From: Candidatus Methylomirabilales bacterium
GTDB taxonomy: Bacteria > Methylomirabilota > Methylomirabilia > Methylomirabilales > CSP1-5
Direction: 5' to 3'
Length of the DNA: 45,975 nt
Assembly (NCBI GenBank): GCA_046758505.1
Contig: JBHIAH010000014.1
Coordinates: 1-45,975 of the forward strand
Position numbers and translations under genes: made by a program. This document shows, piece by piece, positions 28,051 to 37,245 of the stretch. Each line of letters begins with the position of its first letter. The stretch's first letter is position 1. The notes beneath the pieces are model-generated. The model was given only the letters and a program-made list of their open reading frames with translations. It did no database searches and was not told the origin of the DNA.

Positions 28051-28386
28051 TTAGCCGCCGTAGACCTTGGCGATGAAGACCGCCAGGGTCAGCCGATCCT
28101 GGAGCTCGAGCCGGACGAACTTGAACCCATGCACGTATGACGTACCGGCGTTCCCAGGACGATCCTGCGACCAGACGACTTCAGCCTCGGCGTGGATGGC
28201 GCGGTCGCCCAGCGAGACCATGAGGTCGAGCGGCGTCCCCGGCGGGAGGAGCTCCGGCAGCTCCACCATCAGGCCCCCTTCGCTCAGATTGCGAATCCGA
28301 CCCGGCGCTTCCGGCCCCAGGCGCCGGTAGGTCACGGACCCGTCATAGGAGTAACGGCGATGCCGCCTGCGCTCATCCTTCTCCAT
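28051..28386 (-). CDS. PilZ domain protein
   Basis: ERRRHRR (RxxxR) and RNLSEGG (N/DxSxxG) motifs. Confidence 0.88.
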   Translation of the reverse strand: MEKDERRRHRRYSYDGSVTYRRLGPEAPGRIRNLSEGGLMVELPELLPPGTPLDLMVSLGDRAIHAEAEVVWSQDRPGNAGTSYVHGFKFVRLELQDRLTLAVFIAKVYGG

Positions 28387-28670
28387 TGCCTCTGCCTCCC
28401 CAAGGGACCTCCCCGCGACGCCATTCGGGACCCACCTGGTCCCTAAACTGCTCCTCCTCTCGCGAGGTCGGACCGGAGCAAGACCCATGCCATCACCAAG
28501 ACAATCTGGCTCATAGTTAATGGTTCATGGTTCATGGCTCGATGACCGACCGCACGAAAGTGACTGGTCGCCGGTCGTTTTCATCAATCACCATTCACCA
28601 ACTGTGAACCATGAACCAGCTTTACGGTCGTCGGTCACCGGTCGTCTGTTGTCGGTCGTCGGTCGTCGGT

Positions 28671-29513
28671 TCATTCCTGCTGCGCCCGGCGCCAGAGGGC
28701 CTGGAATAGGTCGGGTGGCACGCTGACCATGGCAGTCACCGCCTTGATCCCGCCCACGACCATGCGGCCCCGCAGGGTCTCGTAGATGAAACCGTAGGGT
28801 CCTCCATCGTACAGACGATCCTGGTGAGAGCAGAGGGCAGTCACAGGAAAATCCCGGTCCGCCAGCTTTCGATGGGTCATGGTTTCAACGATCAGCCCTT
28901 CTGAGGTGCCATCATAAAGCTGTCCCCCATGCGAACACAACGTGAGGACCGACCCCCCCCGTGCTGCGACCCGGAGTCCGGTCAGGGTTTCGTAGATCCG
29001 ACCGTCTCCGCCACCATCAAAGAGGCCATCCCGGTGCGTGGCCAAGGTCAGCACCTCATCTTCACGCCTCCCCACCTCCCGCCCCGCCAGGGTCTCGTAG
29101 ACGGCCGGGTAATCGCCCGCATCGTAGAGCGATTCCCGGAAGGGACACAGCGCGTGAATCGTCCCCGGGCGCGCTGCGACCTCCCGCCCCGTCAGGGTCT
29201 CGTAGATCCGGTGAGAGCCGCCGGCATCATAGAGGACACCTCGGTGTGAGCAGAGGCTCAGGACCCAGTCGCCCCGGTCAGCGACCTGCTCGTCCGCGAG
29301 CGTATCATAGACGCGGGCATACCGGCCCCCATCGTACAGCCGCCCCTCATGAACGCAAAGCGTGAGCACCAGGCTCCCCCGGCGGCAGACCTCGCGAAGC
29401 TCCCCGCCGTGAACGCAGCAGATCTTATCCACGACCCCCACCACCAATCCCGCCTCGGTCCACCCGGAAGTCTCGGGATCAACGATATCGCCACCTGCCC
29501 CCTTCACCCGCAT
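28671..29513 (-). CDS. 35-aa-repeat protein, probable beta-propeller
   Basis: Six tandem V.xLCxHxGxLYDGG...IYETLxGxxVAxR repeats. Confidence 0.75.
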   Translation of the reverse strand: MRVKGAGGDIVDPETSGWTEAGLVVGVVDKICCVHGGELREVCRRGSLVLTLCVHEGRLYDGGRYARVYDTLADEQVADRGDWVLSLCSHRGVLYDAGGSHRIYETLTGREVAARPGTIHALCPFRESLYDAGDYPAVYETLAGREVGRREDEVLTLATHRDGLFDGGGDGRIYETLTGLRVAARGGSVLTLCSHGGQLYDGTSEGLIVETMTHRKLADRDFPVTALCSHQDRLYDGGPYGFIYETLRGRMVVGGIKAVTAMVSVPPDLFQALWRRAQQE

Positions 29514-29514
29514 C

Positions 29515-31056
29515 TCATCGTCCTTGCGAAACCGCCGGTCCCTCCGAAAAGGTATGGTCCCGGGCAAGCCCCTCCGGGAGGAGGAAGGCGGAGACCAGCG
29601 CCACGAGGGCAATGAACAATCCCACCACAAAGGCGGCATGGAGACCCTGGGCCAAGGCCGCCTTAATGCCATCCAGCAGGGGTGGAGGCAGTCCGACACG
29701 CGCCGCCGGTTGCAGAAGGATCTCCGGATTCTGCACGAAGGCCCGGAGGTTCACCTCGGCTGTCCGGGTGCTGAGGCCCAACAACTCGCCGCGCAGAATA
29801 CGCGTCATCACCCCCCCCAAGAGGCCTACCCCGAGGGCGCCTCCAATGGTCCGCGAAAACATCGTCACCGATGTGGCAACTCCCATTTGGTTCCTGGGGA
29901 CCGTGTTCTGGACGGCAATCAGAAGGGGGGCCATGATCAATCCCATCCCTCCGCCCCCCACCGTCATGGCCACCATCACCTCGGGGCGACTGCTCGCCAC
30001 CCCCAGGCGCGTGAAGAGAAGAAACCCCACGCTCAGGGCCACCCCCCCGGTGAGAACGATGGCGCGGACCTTGTGATGGAGAAGAAGGCGGGCCCCCAGG
30101 ATCGAGCACAAGACCCAGGCGAGCATAAAGGGGGTCAAGACACTTCCGGCCCCCGTTGCATCGGTTCCGAGGATGCCCTGGACAAAGAGAGGAATAAACG
30201 AGATGGCGCCAAACATGGCCATCCCGGCGAACAGTCCGGTCACAAAGGAGGCGAGGAAGATCCGGTTCCCGAACAAGGCCAGGGGGATCATGGGGTCCGC
30301 CGCACGGCGCTGGATCTGGGCAAACACGATCAAACCGACAGCCGCCCCCACCACCAGACCGAGGCGCCCCAGATCTTTCCAGCCGCTTCCCATCACGCCC
30401 AGGAGCAAGAGCACCAAGGCCACAATCAGGACCGCTCCCCCGAGAAAATCCACCCTACCCGAATGGGACCGTTCCATCCGCGGTTCCCGAAGATAGCGAC
30501 CGATCATCCAGCAGGCGAGGAGCCCCACCGGGACGTTCACAAAAAAAACCCAGCGCCACGAGACGTGGTCGGTGAGAAAGCCGCCGAGGAAGGGCCCCAC
30601 GATGCTGGCCACCCCCCACACGCCGCTGAACAGGCCCTGCATGCGGGCCCGCGCCTCCAAGGGGTAAATGTCGCCGATGATGGTGAGGCCCAAGGGGAGC
30701 ACGGCACCGGCCCCGAGCCCCTGCAGGCCCCGAAAGAGAATGAGCTGGGTCATGCTCTGGGAAAAACCGCACGCCACAGAGCCGAGCAGGAAGAGGCCGA
30801 TCCCGACCAGATAAAAGGGGCGGCGACCGTACAGATCGGAAAGCTTCCCCCACAGGGGGACGGTCACGGTGGAGGTGAGCAGGTAGCTCGAAAAGACCCA
30901 GCTATACACCTCGAGGCCGCCCAGGGTGGCCACGACCGTGGGCATCGCCGTGGCCACCACCGTAGACTCCATCGCCCCGAGGAAGATCCCGACCATCACC
31001 CCGGTGGTCACCACCCGTCGCTCTCGTCTGGTGAGGTCGAGAAATCTCGCCCCCAA
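29515..31056 (-). CDS. MFS drug:H+ antiporter (DHA2, EmrB/QacA-like)
   Basis: GKLSDLYGRR, RGLQGLGAG, GPFLGG, WRWVFFVNVP. Confidence 0.93.
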   Translation of the reverse strand: MGARFLDLTRRERRVVTTGVMVGIFLGAMESTVVATAMPTVVATLGGLEVYSWVFSSYLLTSTVTVPLWGKLSDLYGRRPFYLVGIGLFLLGSVACGFSQSMTQLILFRGLQGLGAGAVLPLGLTIIGDIYPLEARARMQGLFSGVWGVASIVGPFLGGFLTDHVSWRWVFFVNVPVGLLACWMIGRYLREPRMERSHSGRVDFLGGAVLIVALVLLLLGVMGSGWKDLGRLGLVVGAAVGLIVFAQIQRRAADPMIPLALFGNRIFLASFVTGLFAGMAMFGAISFIPLFVQGILGTDATGAGSVLTPFMLAWVLCSILGARLLLHHKVRAIVLTGGVALSVGFLLFTRLGVASSRPEVMVAMTVGGGGMGLIMAPLLIAVQNTVPRNQMGVATSVTMFSRTIGGALGVGLLGGVMTRILRGELLGLSTRTAEVNLRAFVQNPEILLQPAARVGLPPPLLDGIKAALAQGLHAAFVVGLFIALVALVSAFLLPEGLARDHTFSEGPAVSQGR

Positions 31057-31454
31057 AATACCTCCGAGCCAGAAACGGGTTATCGAACGATGCGAGGGGG
31101 GTTCACCCGCTCAACCGATGCGGATCTCACTGTATCACAGGGAGGGGGACTCGCCCAAGATAGCAGGGGGAGGCTGTCGAAACCCGACAGGAAGCGGAGG
31201 GCTCCACGAAAGCACCCCGAGCAGGGAGGGAAGGTGCTCCCCCTTCCGCGGGGAGCGCTGGCTCAAGCACCAGACCGGTAGAGGATCATCCAGATTCGGC
31301 CGAACGCAGAGCCAATCCCAAGAAGCGCTCGCGCAGGAAACCCGCGAGGAGCGATCGCCCATGAATCGCGAATGCTCCAATCAAGAGCACCAGAGGGGGA
31401 GAAGCGCAGATCCGTGATGAACACCCCGGCGACGCTCACCACGGAGCGTCGCAC

Positions 31455-31811
31455 CTACTGGGATGGAGAACTCAGCTCTTCCAGGATTTTCTTCAACTCC
31501 ATGATTTCTTGCATCTGCATCCCGATGGTGCTGTCCTTGGCCTTGATCTGTTCCTGGAGCTGACTGTGAAGCTGCTGCCACCGCCTCAGTTCCTCTGTGA
31601 GTTTCCCCGTCCCGGGCGCCGCGACTTGTTTCGGCCGCTTTGTAGCACCTGCGACCTTCCGCTTGACCTTCGCCGCCCGCTTCGGTTTCGCGGCGACCTT
31701 CTTGCGTTTTGCCGCGGGCTTCCGTTTCGGCTTCGCGGCACGCGCTGCTTTGCCCTTCTTCTTCGCCTTGGGGGCGACTTTCCTTTTCGCCCTTTTCTTT
31801 GCCTTGGCCAT
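31455..31811 (-). CDS. Lys/Ala-rich histone H1-like protein with C-terminal coiled coil
   Basis: AKAKKRAKRK..AAKPKR repeats; GAGGAGG RBS; heptad-like C-terminus. Confidence 0.75.
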   Translation of the reverse strand: MAKAKKRAKRKVAPKAKKKGKAARAAKPKRKPAAKRKKVAAKPKRAAKVKRKVAGATKRPKQVAAPGTGKLTEELRRWQQLHSQLQEQIKAKDSTIGMQMQEIMELKKILEELSSPSQ

Positions 31812-32187
31812 TGCTCCTCCTCCTCAAAAGAGACCCACCGGACCGCCGTGCGATCAGGACATGCTCCCCACGGGTCCGGCCCCGAATGTCTCGCCCCTCC
31901 CGTCGGTCCCACCCGTCCCAGGAGCACCGCTCGAGCATTCCCCGGGGGACGTCCCAAACGTTTCCCCGCAGGACCATGCGGGTGTCCTACCCGCTTCTGT
32001 AACCGTAAGGGCCTGATTGTGCTGGTTTGAACCTGTTGCTCAGGCCCACGAAACCCCATACGATCGGTCGCTACATACTACACTGGCTTTCTGCTGTCAA
32101 TAGATTTGCTTTCTTGCCAGCGCGCCGATAGGATACCCGCAGCGTCACCGCCGAAGCGCCTGAAACCCCACGGGAGTGTCCACCGCC

Positions 32188-33390
32188 ATGCGGGTCATTC
32201 TTTACACCGGGAAAGGAGGGGTCGGGAAGACAACCGTCTCGGCTGCCACAGGGCTCAGGGCCGCCAGCCTGGGCCACAAGACGCTCGTCCTGAGTACCGA
32301 CCCCGCCCACAGCCTGGCGGATGCCTTTGACACCCCCCTGGGCCCGGAACCCGTCCAGGTGGCGGAGAACCTCTGGGGGCAAGAAGTAAACGTCCTCGAG
32401 GATCTCAACCGCTACTGGAGGGAAGTGCAAGAGTATCTCACTGCCCTCTTCGCCAGCCGCGGCCTCGACGACGTGGTGGCGGAAGAAATGGCGGTTCTGC
32501 CGGGGATGGAGGAAATCTGCAGCCTCCTCCACATCCGGCAGCACTTCCAGGAGGGCAAATTCGACTGCCTCATCGTCGACTGCGCTCCAACGGGCGAGAC
32601 GATGCGGCTCCTCTCGTTCCCGGATGTGGCCCGATGGTACATGGAAAAGCTGTTCCCGTGGGAACGGCGGATCGTCACGTCTCTGGGCCCGGTTGTCCAA
32701 CCTCTCGTCCCGCTCCCCCTCCCCAAAGATGACGTCTATGCCGCCTTGGAACGTCTCTTTTACCGCATTGACGGCATCAAAGAGATCCTGGCGAATCCCG
32801 AACAGTCGACCATCCGGTTGGTACTCAATCCGGAGAAGATGGTGATCAGGGAGGCCCAGCGCTCGCTGACCTATTTGAATCTGTATGGGTACGTGACCGA
32901 CGCGGTCGTCAGCAACCGGGTGATTCCGCAGGAGGCCGCGTCCGGTTACTTTGCCGCGTGGCACGAGGTCCAACGGCGACACCGGCGCACCATCGAGGAA
33001 GCCTTTGCCCCTCTCCCCATCTGGGACGTTCCCCTCTTCGATGCCGAGGTGGTGGGGCTCACGATGCTTCAGCGGATGGCCGAGGCCCTGTTTCGGGAGA
33101 GAGACCCCACCCGGGTCCACTTCCAGGGCTATGTCCAGACAGTGCGGAAGACCGGCAAGGGGTTTACCTTGAAGCTGAAACTGCCCTTCGCGGAGAAGGG
33201 GGATCTTTCCCTGCTCAAGCGTGGCGACGAGCTGGTCGTGTCCATCGGCAATTTCCGTCGGGACCTGGTCCTGCCCCGGGCCGTAACCCACCTGCCGGTC
33301 GCCAGGGCCCGGCTCGAAGAGGGAGTCCTCACCGTGCGGTTCGCCGCAGGCGAAGGAGGTGATACGGATGGGAAAGGAGAAGGCTCCTGA
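32188..33390 (+). CDS. ArsA/Get3-family ATPase with C-terminal HSP20-like domain
   Basis: GKGGVGKT, STDPAHSL, DCAPTG, NPEKMV; C-terminal GDELVVSIGNFRR..LP. Confidence 0.9.
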   Translation: MRVILYTGKGGVGKTTVSAATGLRAASLGHKTLVLSTDPAHSLADAFDTPLGPEPVQVAENLWGQEVNVLEDLNRYWREVQEYLTALFASRGLDDVVAEEMAVLPGMEEICSLLHIRQHFQEGKFDCLIVDCAPTGETMRLLSFPDVARWYMEKLFPWERRIVTSLGPVVQPLVPLPLPKDDVYAALERLFYRIDGIKEILANPEQSTIRLVLNPEKMVIREAQRSLTYLNLYGYVTDAVVSNRVIPQEAASGYFAAWHEVQRRHRRTIEEAFAPLPIWDVPLFDAEVVGLTMLQRMAEALFRERDPTRVHFQGYVQTVRKTGKGFTLKLKLPFAEKGDLSLLKRGDELVVSIGNFRRDLVLPRAVTHLPVARARLEEGVLTVRFAAGEGGDTDGKGEGS

Positions 33391-33613
33391 GCGGTGCCCC
33401 CATCGCTGGTGCCTCTTCTGCGCGTGCTACGAGATGGGGCTCACCGTCAGTGATGGGCTCCAGGGACTCGTCCCCGAAGAGTCCCGGCACCATCTGAGCA
33501 CTGCCCAGCGCGAGACGTTGCTTGCCCTGCGCAGCATCGTGGATTGCTGCATCAAGGGTGTCGAGGCGAAGCCCGGCACACGGCGGCGGCCCCAGAAGGT
33601 CAAGGTCGAGTAA
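33368..33613 (+). CDS. Small Cys-rich hypothetical protein overlapping the ATPase gene end
   Basis: MGKEKAPERCPHRWCLFCAC...HL..AQRETLLALRSIVD; AGGAGG RBS. Confidence 0.7.
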   Translation: MGKEKAPERCPHRWCLFCACYEMGLTVSDGLQGLVPEESRHHLSTAQRETLLALRSIVDCCIKGVEAKPGTRRRPQKVKVE

Positions 33614-33684
33614 GAGCCCATGAATCGAGCGACCCGGGGCCCGCCAACGGCCGAGGACGCGCGCGCCATGGAAGGGGGGAGAGC

Positions 33685-34404
33685 ATGGACGGGAACGTGA
33701 GGCGGTGGCGAGATATCCTCCGCGTCCTCGGGTTGGTCGGCTTGGTCCTGGTCGTCGCGCTGCCACCGGCTTCCCCGCACGCCTCTCCGCAAGCAGACGG
33801 GCAGCGGGAGAGGCTCTTACGGATGTTCCAGGAGCAGCGGGCTCGCCGACGGCACGCGCTCGTGAAATTCCTGGCCAAGCATCCTCGAGATCCGAACGCG
33901 CACTTCGAGCTGGGCCAGCTCTATGCGCTGGATGGCCACATCGCAGAGGCGATTCGGGAGTATCGGACAGTCATCGAGATCGTCCCCGACCACGAGACGG
34001 CGGTCTTCAATCTGGGCCTCCTCTATCACCGGTCCGGGCAACTAGAGGAGGCGATTCACACCTTCCGGGAGGTTCTCCGCCTCAACCCCACCGATCTGCC
34101 CACCCACATCAACCTGGGGGTGGCGTACCGCGATAGACGGCGGGAGCTGCTGCGAAAAGAGGTCGAGATCCTGGAGGCCGCGGTGAAACTTCGCCCCGAG
34201 TACCCCGAAGCCCACTACCATCTCGGGGTCGCCTATCGCGCCATGGGAGACATGGACCCCCAGTGTCGTCCCTGGTACGAGAAGGGGCGCACGGAGTTCC
34301 GTGCGTATCTGACCGCGAAACCGTCAGGCAAACGTCGGCACGCGGTCTCACGCTGGGTCACGCTTCTGGGGAGACGGCTCGAGGACTGCGAACAGGGGCC
34401 CTAG
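33685..34404 (+). CDS. Exported TPR-repeat protein
   Basis: Signal-like segment; AHFELG, AVFNLG, THINLG, AHYHLG repeats. Confidence 0.88.
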   Translation: MDGNVRRWRDILRVLGLVGLVLVVALPPASPHASPQADGQRERLLRMFQEQRARRRHALVKFLAKHPRDPNAHFELGQLYALDGHIAEAIREYRTVIEIVPDHETAVFNLGLLYHRSGQLEEAIHTFREVLRLNPTDLPTHINLGVAYRDRRRELLRKEVEILEAAVKLRPEYPEAHYHLGVAYRAMGDMDPQCRPWYEKGRTEFRAYLTAKPSGKRRHAVSRWVTLLGRRLEDCEQGP

Positions 34405-34544
34405 GCAAGACTAGCGCTCAGCAGCGGGTGTCACCTGTTCCGGGAGAGGGGCGAGATAGCAAGAACGCTCGAATACTTGTACGCTCGGATATTCGTAAGC
34501 CCCGGCGCCTGCCAGCCTACTAGGCTTTCAGCTTTCCAGCAGCT

Positions 34545-34916
34545 CTACTTGCGGCCAAACGCCTCTTGGGCCTCTTGTTCGAGCTCGCGAATCTGCTGTT
34601 CGTACGCCCGTTCCTCGCCCAGCATCCGCTTCTCACGAATCCGGTGGAGGTTGGCGAGGCGCCGGTCCGCTTCCGCCAGAGACATTCCCCCATTTGGTGG
34701 GTACTGCTCCAAGATGCTGTGGCGGGCGTGAAACGCTGCCTTCTCCCTCGCGCGCTTTGCGCGGACGGCCTCGAGCTCATGCGCGAGGCGCTGAATCTCA
34801 CGCCGGTACTCCTCTGAGGAACGCAGGGCTCGCGCCTCCCACCGGCGCGGCACCCATCGGTCCCGCACACGCGATACAAACCTCGCCAGCGCGTCGAACC
34901 AGTGACTCACGGCCAT
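34545..34916 (-). CDS. Hypothetical coiled-coil protein
   Basis: GGAGG RBS; charged helical sequence. Confidence 0.6.
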   Translation of the reverse strand: MAVSHWFDALARFVSRVRDRWVPRRWEARALRSSEEYRREIQRLAHELEAVRAKRAREKAAFHARHSILEQYPPNGGMSLAEADRRLANLHRIREKRMLGEERAYEQQIRELEQEAQEAFGRK

Positions 34917-34981
34917 TCCCCTCCCGAAATCAGCCCGCTTTCGGCGACCGTTTCCTCTGGAAGATGCTGTCGAAACGCCCC

Positions 34982-35254
34982 TTACGCGACCAGCTTGAGC
35001 AGCCTGCTGGTCTCATTTTCCCACGAACCGCTTGGGCGATCGGGCGGGGGGCTTGACAGGAAGTGACGGACGGTGTACCCGCACACGCGACACCGATGGT
35101 AAAAATAGGACCGCTCCCCCTCACGCTCGATCCCACCGATCTGCTCCGCATGCCGGGCACAACAGGATTTGCCTCTGGTGGGAGAGACGATTCGCTTTGG
35201 ATAATCGTTGATGGGACGCTTTTCGTCGGTGTATTCCACGATCGTTGCGTTCAT
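34982..35254 (-). CDS. Hypothetical protein with CC...CxxC (possible Zn binding)
   Basis: MNATIVEYTDEKRP...SCC...HRCRVCGY; directly downstream of the TetR gene. Confidence 0.7.
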   Translation of the reverse strand: MNATIVEYTDEKRPINDYPKRIVSPTRGKSCCARHAEQIGGIEREGERSYFYHRCRVCGYTVRHFLSSPPPDRPSGSWENETSRLLKLVA

Positions 35255-35288
35255 ATCATACCCCTCTCGTACCGAGTTGGGATAAGGT

Positions 35289-35897
35289 TTATTCGACACA
35301 GTACATGCGCACGTGTTTCTTGAGCTCGTCCAAGCACTCTTCCAGCACGGTCACGTCCTTCCGCACTTTGGCGACCAGGACCGCGCCTTCCATTCCGGCA
35401 AAGATGAACCGTGCGAGGCCCTCCAACTGCACGTTTCGGGCCAAGCGTCCCTTCGCCTGGGCCTTGGCAAGGGCCTCGACAATGTACCCCCGATAACTAT
35501 CCAGGATTTCCCCGATCCGCTGACGGAAACCCTCGTGAATATCGCTCATTTCGAGGGCAAGGTTCCCGAGGGGGCATCCCCCCACGCAGCCCGTCTCCCG
35601 CTGCATCGCAACGAGAAGGTCAAAAAGATCAAAGAGTTCCTCCAGGGGGTCCGCATCCCTCCCGAAGACTTCTCGGCCTATCTGTTGCGTAGTCCATAAG
35701 GCCAGGCGATCCAGGATCGCATAGCCGAGCTCGTCCTTGCTCTTGAAGTAGTAATAAAAATTCCCTTTCCCAACACCACTTTCCCGCAGGATCTGATCTA
35801 CGCTGGTGTGGTTAAACCCCTGCCGGTGTACCAATCGACAGGCCGCCTGCAGAATCTGCTCTTTGGTATTTGCCTCTTTAGCCGCCTGTGCCTCCAT
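35289..35897 (-). CDS. TetR/AcrR-family regulator (NemR/LmrA-like)
   Basis: ILQAA..QGF..TSVDQIL..SGVGKGNFYYYFKSKDEL; GCPLGNLALE. Confidence 0.93.
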   Translation of the reverse strand: MEAQAAKEANTKEQILQAACRLVHRQGFNHTSVDQILRESGVGKGNFYYYFKSKDELGYAILDRLALWTTQQIGREVFGRDADPLEELFDLFDLLVAMQRETGCVGGCPLGNLALEMSDIHEGFRQRIGEILDSYRGYIVEALAKAQAKGRLARNVQLEGLARFIFAGMEGAVLVAKVRKDVTVLEECLDELKKHVRMYCVE

Positions 35898-35917
35898 ATC
35901 CCCCCCTGATTACATTC

Positions 35918-35970
35918 TGTACCGACCGGTCAGTACAACTAAATTTAAGCCACGTATATCAGCCTGTCAA
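35918..35970 (-). promoter_or_regulatory. TetR gene promoter and palindromic operator
   Basis: TTGACA(35970-35965)-N17-TAAATT(35947-35942); near-perfect palindrome TGTACCGACCGGTCAGTACA at 35918-35937. Confidence 0.75.
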
Positions 35971-36226
35971 GGAGAAATTCGAGCCATGTATCCTTCTCGC
36001 CACAGAATACAACTGCTACCCCCAGGTAGACAGCCGGCCCCCTCGCATCTCACCACCGTCCAGGTCCAGGACACCCCCCAGGAGGAAGCTCCTGGACTCC
36101 GGACCTGTCTCTGGTTACGATGTGCGTGGGGAGCTGGTCCAGAAACTGCACAACTTGACCAAGCGCACGACTCATCCCCGGTAGCAATGGCTAGGCAATT
36201 TTGAACGGCATCGAAAGGAGCAGTTT

Positions 36227-36646
36227 ATGAATTGGCACGAGCGACTTCGATTGACGCTGAAACGGTCGCCGATCCTGTGGGCGGTCCCCCTCGGCATTGT
36301 CGTGGTCATCGCCCTGATCATCGCGATCAACCGGGGCCCCACCGACATGAAGACCGCATTGGAGAAATTGGAGAAAAAGGAAGAGCGGGTCAAGGCGCAG
36401 ATCGTCGACAGCTGCAAGCAGATTCGCCTCGGCATGCCGAAAGCAGAGCTGCTTACGATGATGCCGAAGCCGGTCGGCACCATCTCGTACAGGCGACAGC
36501 GCCAGGTGAAAGAAAAGCTCCTCTTCCCGTCCCGAGCCGGCGCCTCGACGCCTCCCACGGTCGTGGTCGACCAGCGGACCGGGCACGTCGAAGAAGTCGT
36601 CTGCGACGCGAACTATCGCCTCCCCCCCAAACCCCCCAAACCCTAA
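36227..36646 (+). CDS. Hypothetical membrane-anchored protein
   Basis: AAGGAG RBS, single TM helix, QIRLGM motif. Confidence 0.7.
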   Translation: MNWHERLRLTLKRSPILWAVPLGIVVVIALIIAINRGPTDMKTALEKLEKKEERVKAQIVDSCKQIRLGMPKAELLTMMPKPVGTISYRRQRQVKEKLLFPSRAGASTPPTVVVDQRTGHVEEVVCDANYRLPPKPPKP

Positions 36647-36701
36647 CCCCTCCCCCACTCTTCTTTTCCGAAGGGCCCCCTTCGGCGCCACGCACCGAAC
36701 A

Positions 36702-36726
36702 TGAGTCAAGAAGAGACCCGACCCCT
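36702..36726 (-). repeat. 25-bp inverted repeat, left boundary of the right island
   Basis: Reverse complement AGGGGTCGGGTCTCTTCTTGACTCA; partner at 45735-45759 differs by 1 base. Confidence 0.85.
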
Positions 36727-36791
36727 CAACCTTCCTCAACTCTCCTCCTCTCCACCTGACCCCCGCCAGATTCCTTCTGAACCTAAACTCC

Positions 36792-36820
36792 TTGACATAC
36801 GCGCGCGAACCCTGTAACTT
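36792..36820 (+). promoter_or_regulatory. Putative sigma70 promoter reading into the island
   Basis: TTGACA-N17-TAACTT. Confidence 0.55.
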
Positions 36821-37052
36821 GCCTTAAATATTGCGCCATCGCTTTGCAGGCATAGAAGCTTAAATTAAGCACCGTAATCCCCGGATTTCCCGAAGCACCG
36901 GGCGGGTCGTGCTCCCCCTCCGGTGCTTTGTGTTTTGAAGGCAGATGTTAAACGGTGGTGCGTGGCGAGAATCGGTTAGCAAGAGAGTTAACCCATCGCC
37001 CCGGCCAACACACTAAGCGGGTTGCCACTAAGCAGTCCAACGGATCTGATGC

Positions 37053-37245
37053 AATGCCAGAAGAAGCGAAACCGCAGGACAACATTGACCGCATTCTCAA
37101 ACACCTGAAGAACGGTTCCCCCGCGGCACGGCTCGTCAACGCCCACCGTACGGCGGATGCCGGCAATCCTACGGAAGCCATGAAGGCCGTCCTCAAAGAA
37201 CGGCTTGCACAAGTGAGAGCCGAAATTGACAAGCCCGAGGCTTAG
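37053..37245 (+). CDS. Small helical hypothetical protein overlapping the ATPase start
   Basis: MPEEAKPQDNIDRILKHLK...; 20-bp overlap with the next gene. Confidence 0.6.

Noticed and set aside
28700..29400. Recurring GGTCTCGTAGA-like DNA repeats at ~105-bp spacing
   Set aside because: Explained by the 35-aa protein repeat.
32188..33390. Arsenic-resistance arsA call
   Set aside because: Single ATPase domain with HSP20-like tail and no arsB/acr3/arsC/arsR nearby.
36650..36960. tRNA gene or tyrosine-integrase attachment site at the island edge
   Set aside because: No cloverleaf or T-loop consensus found, and no integrase in the window.
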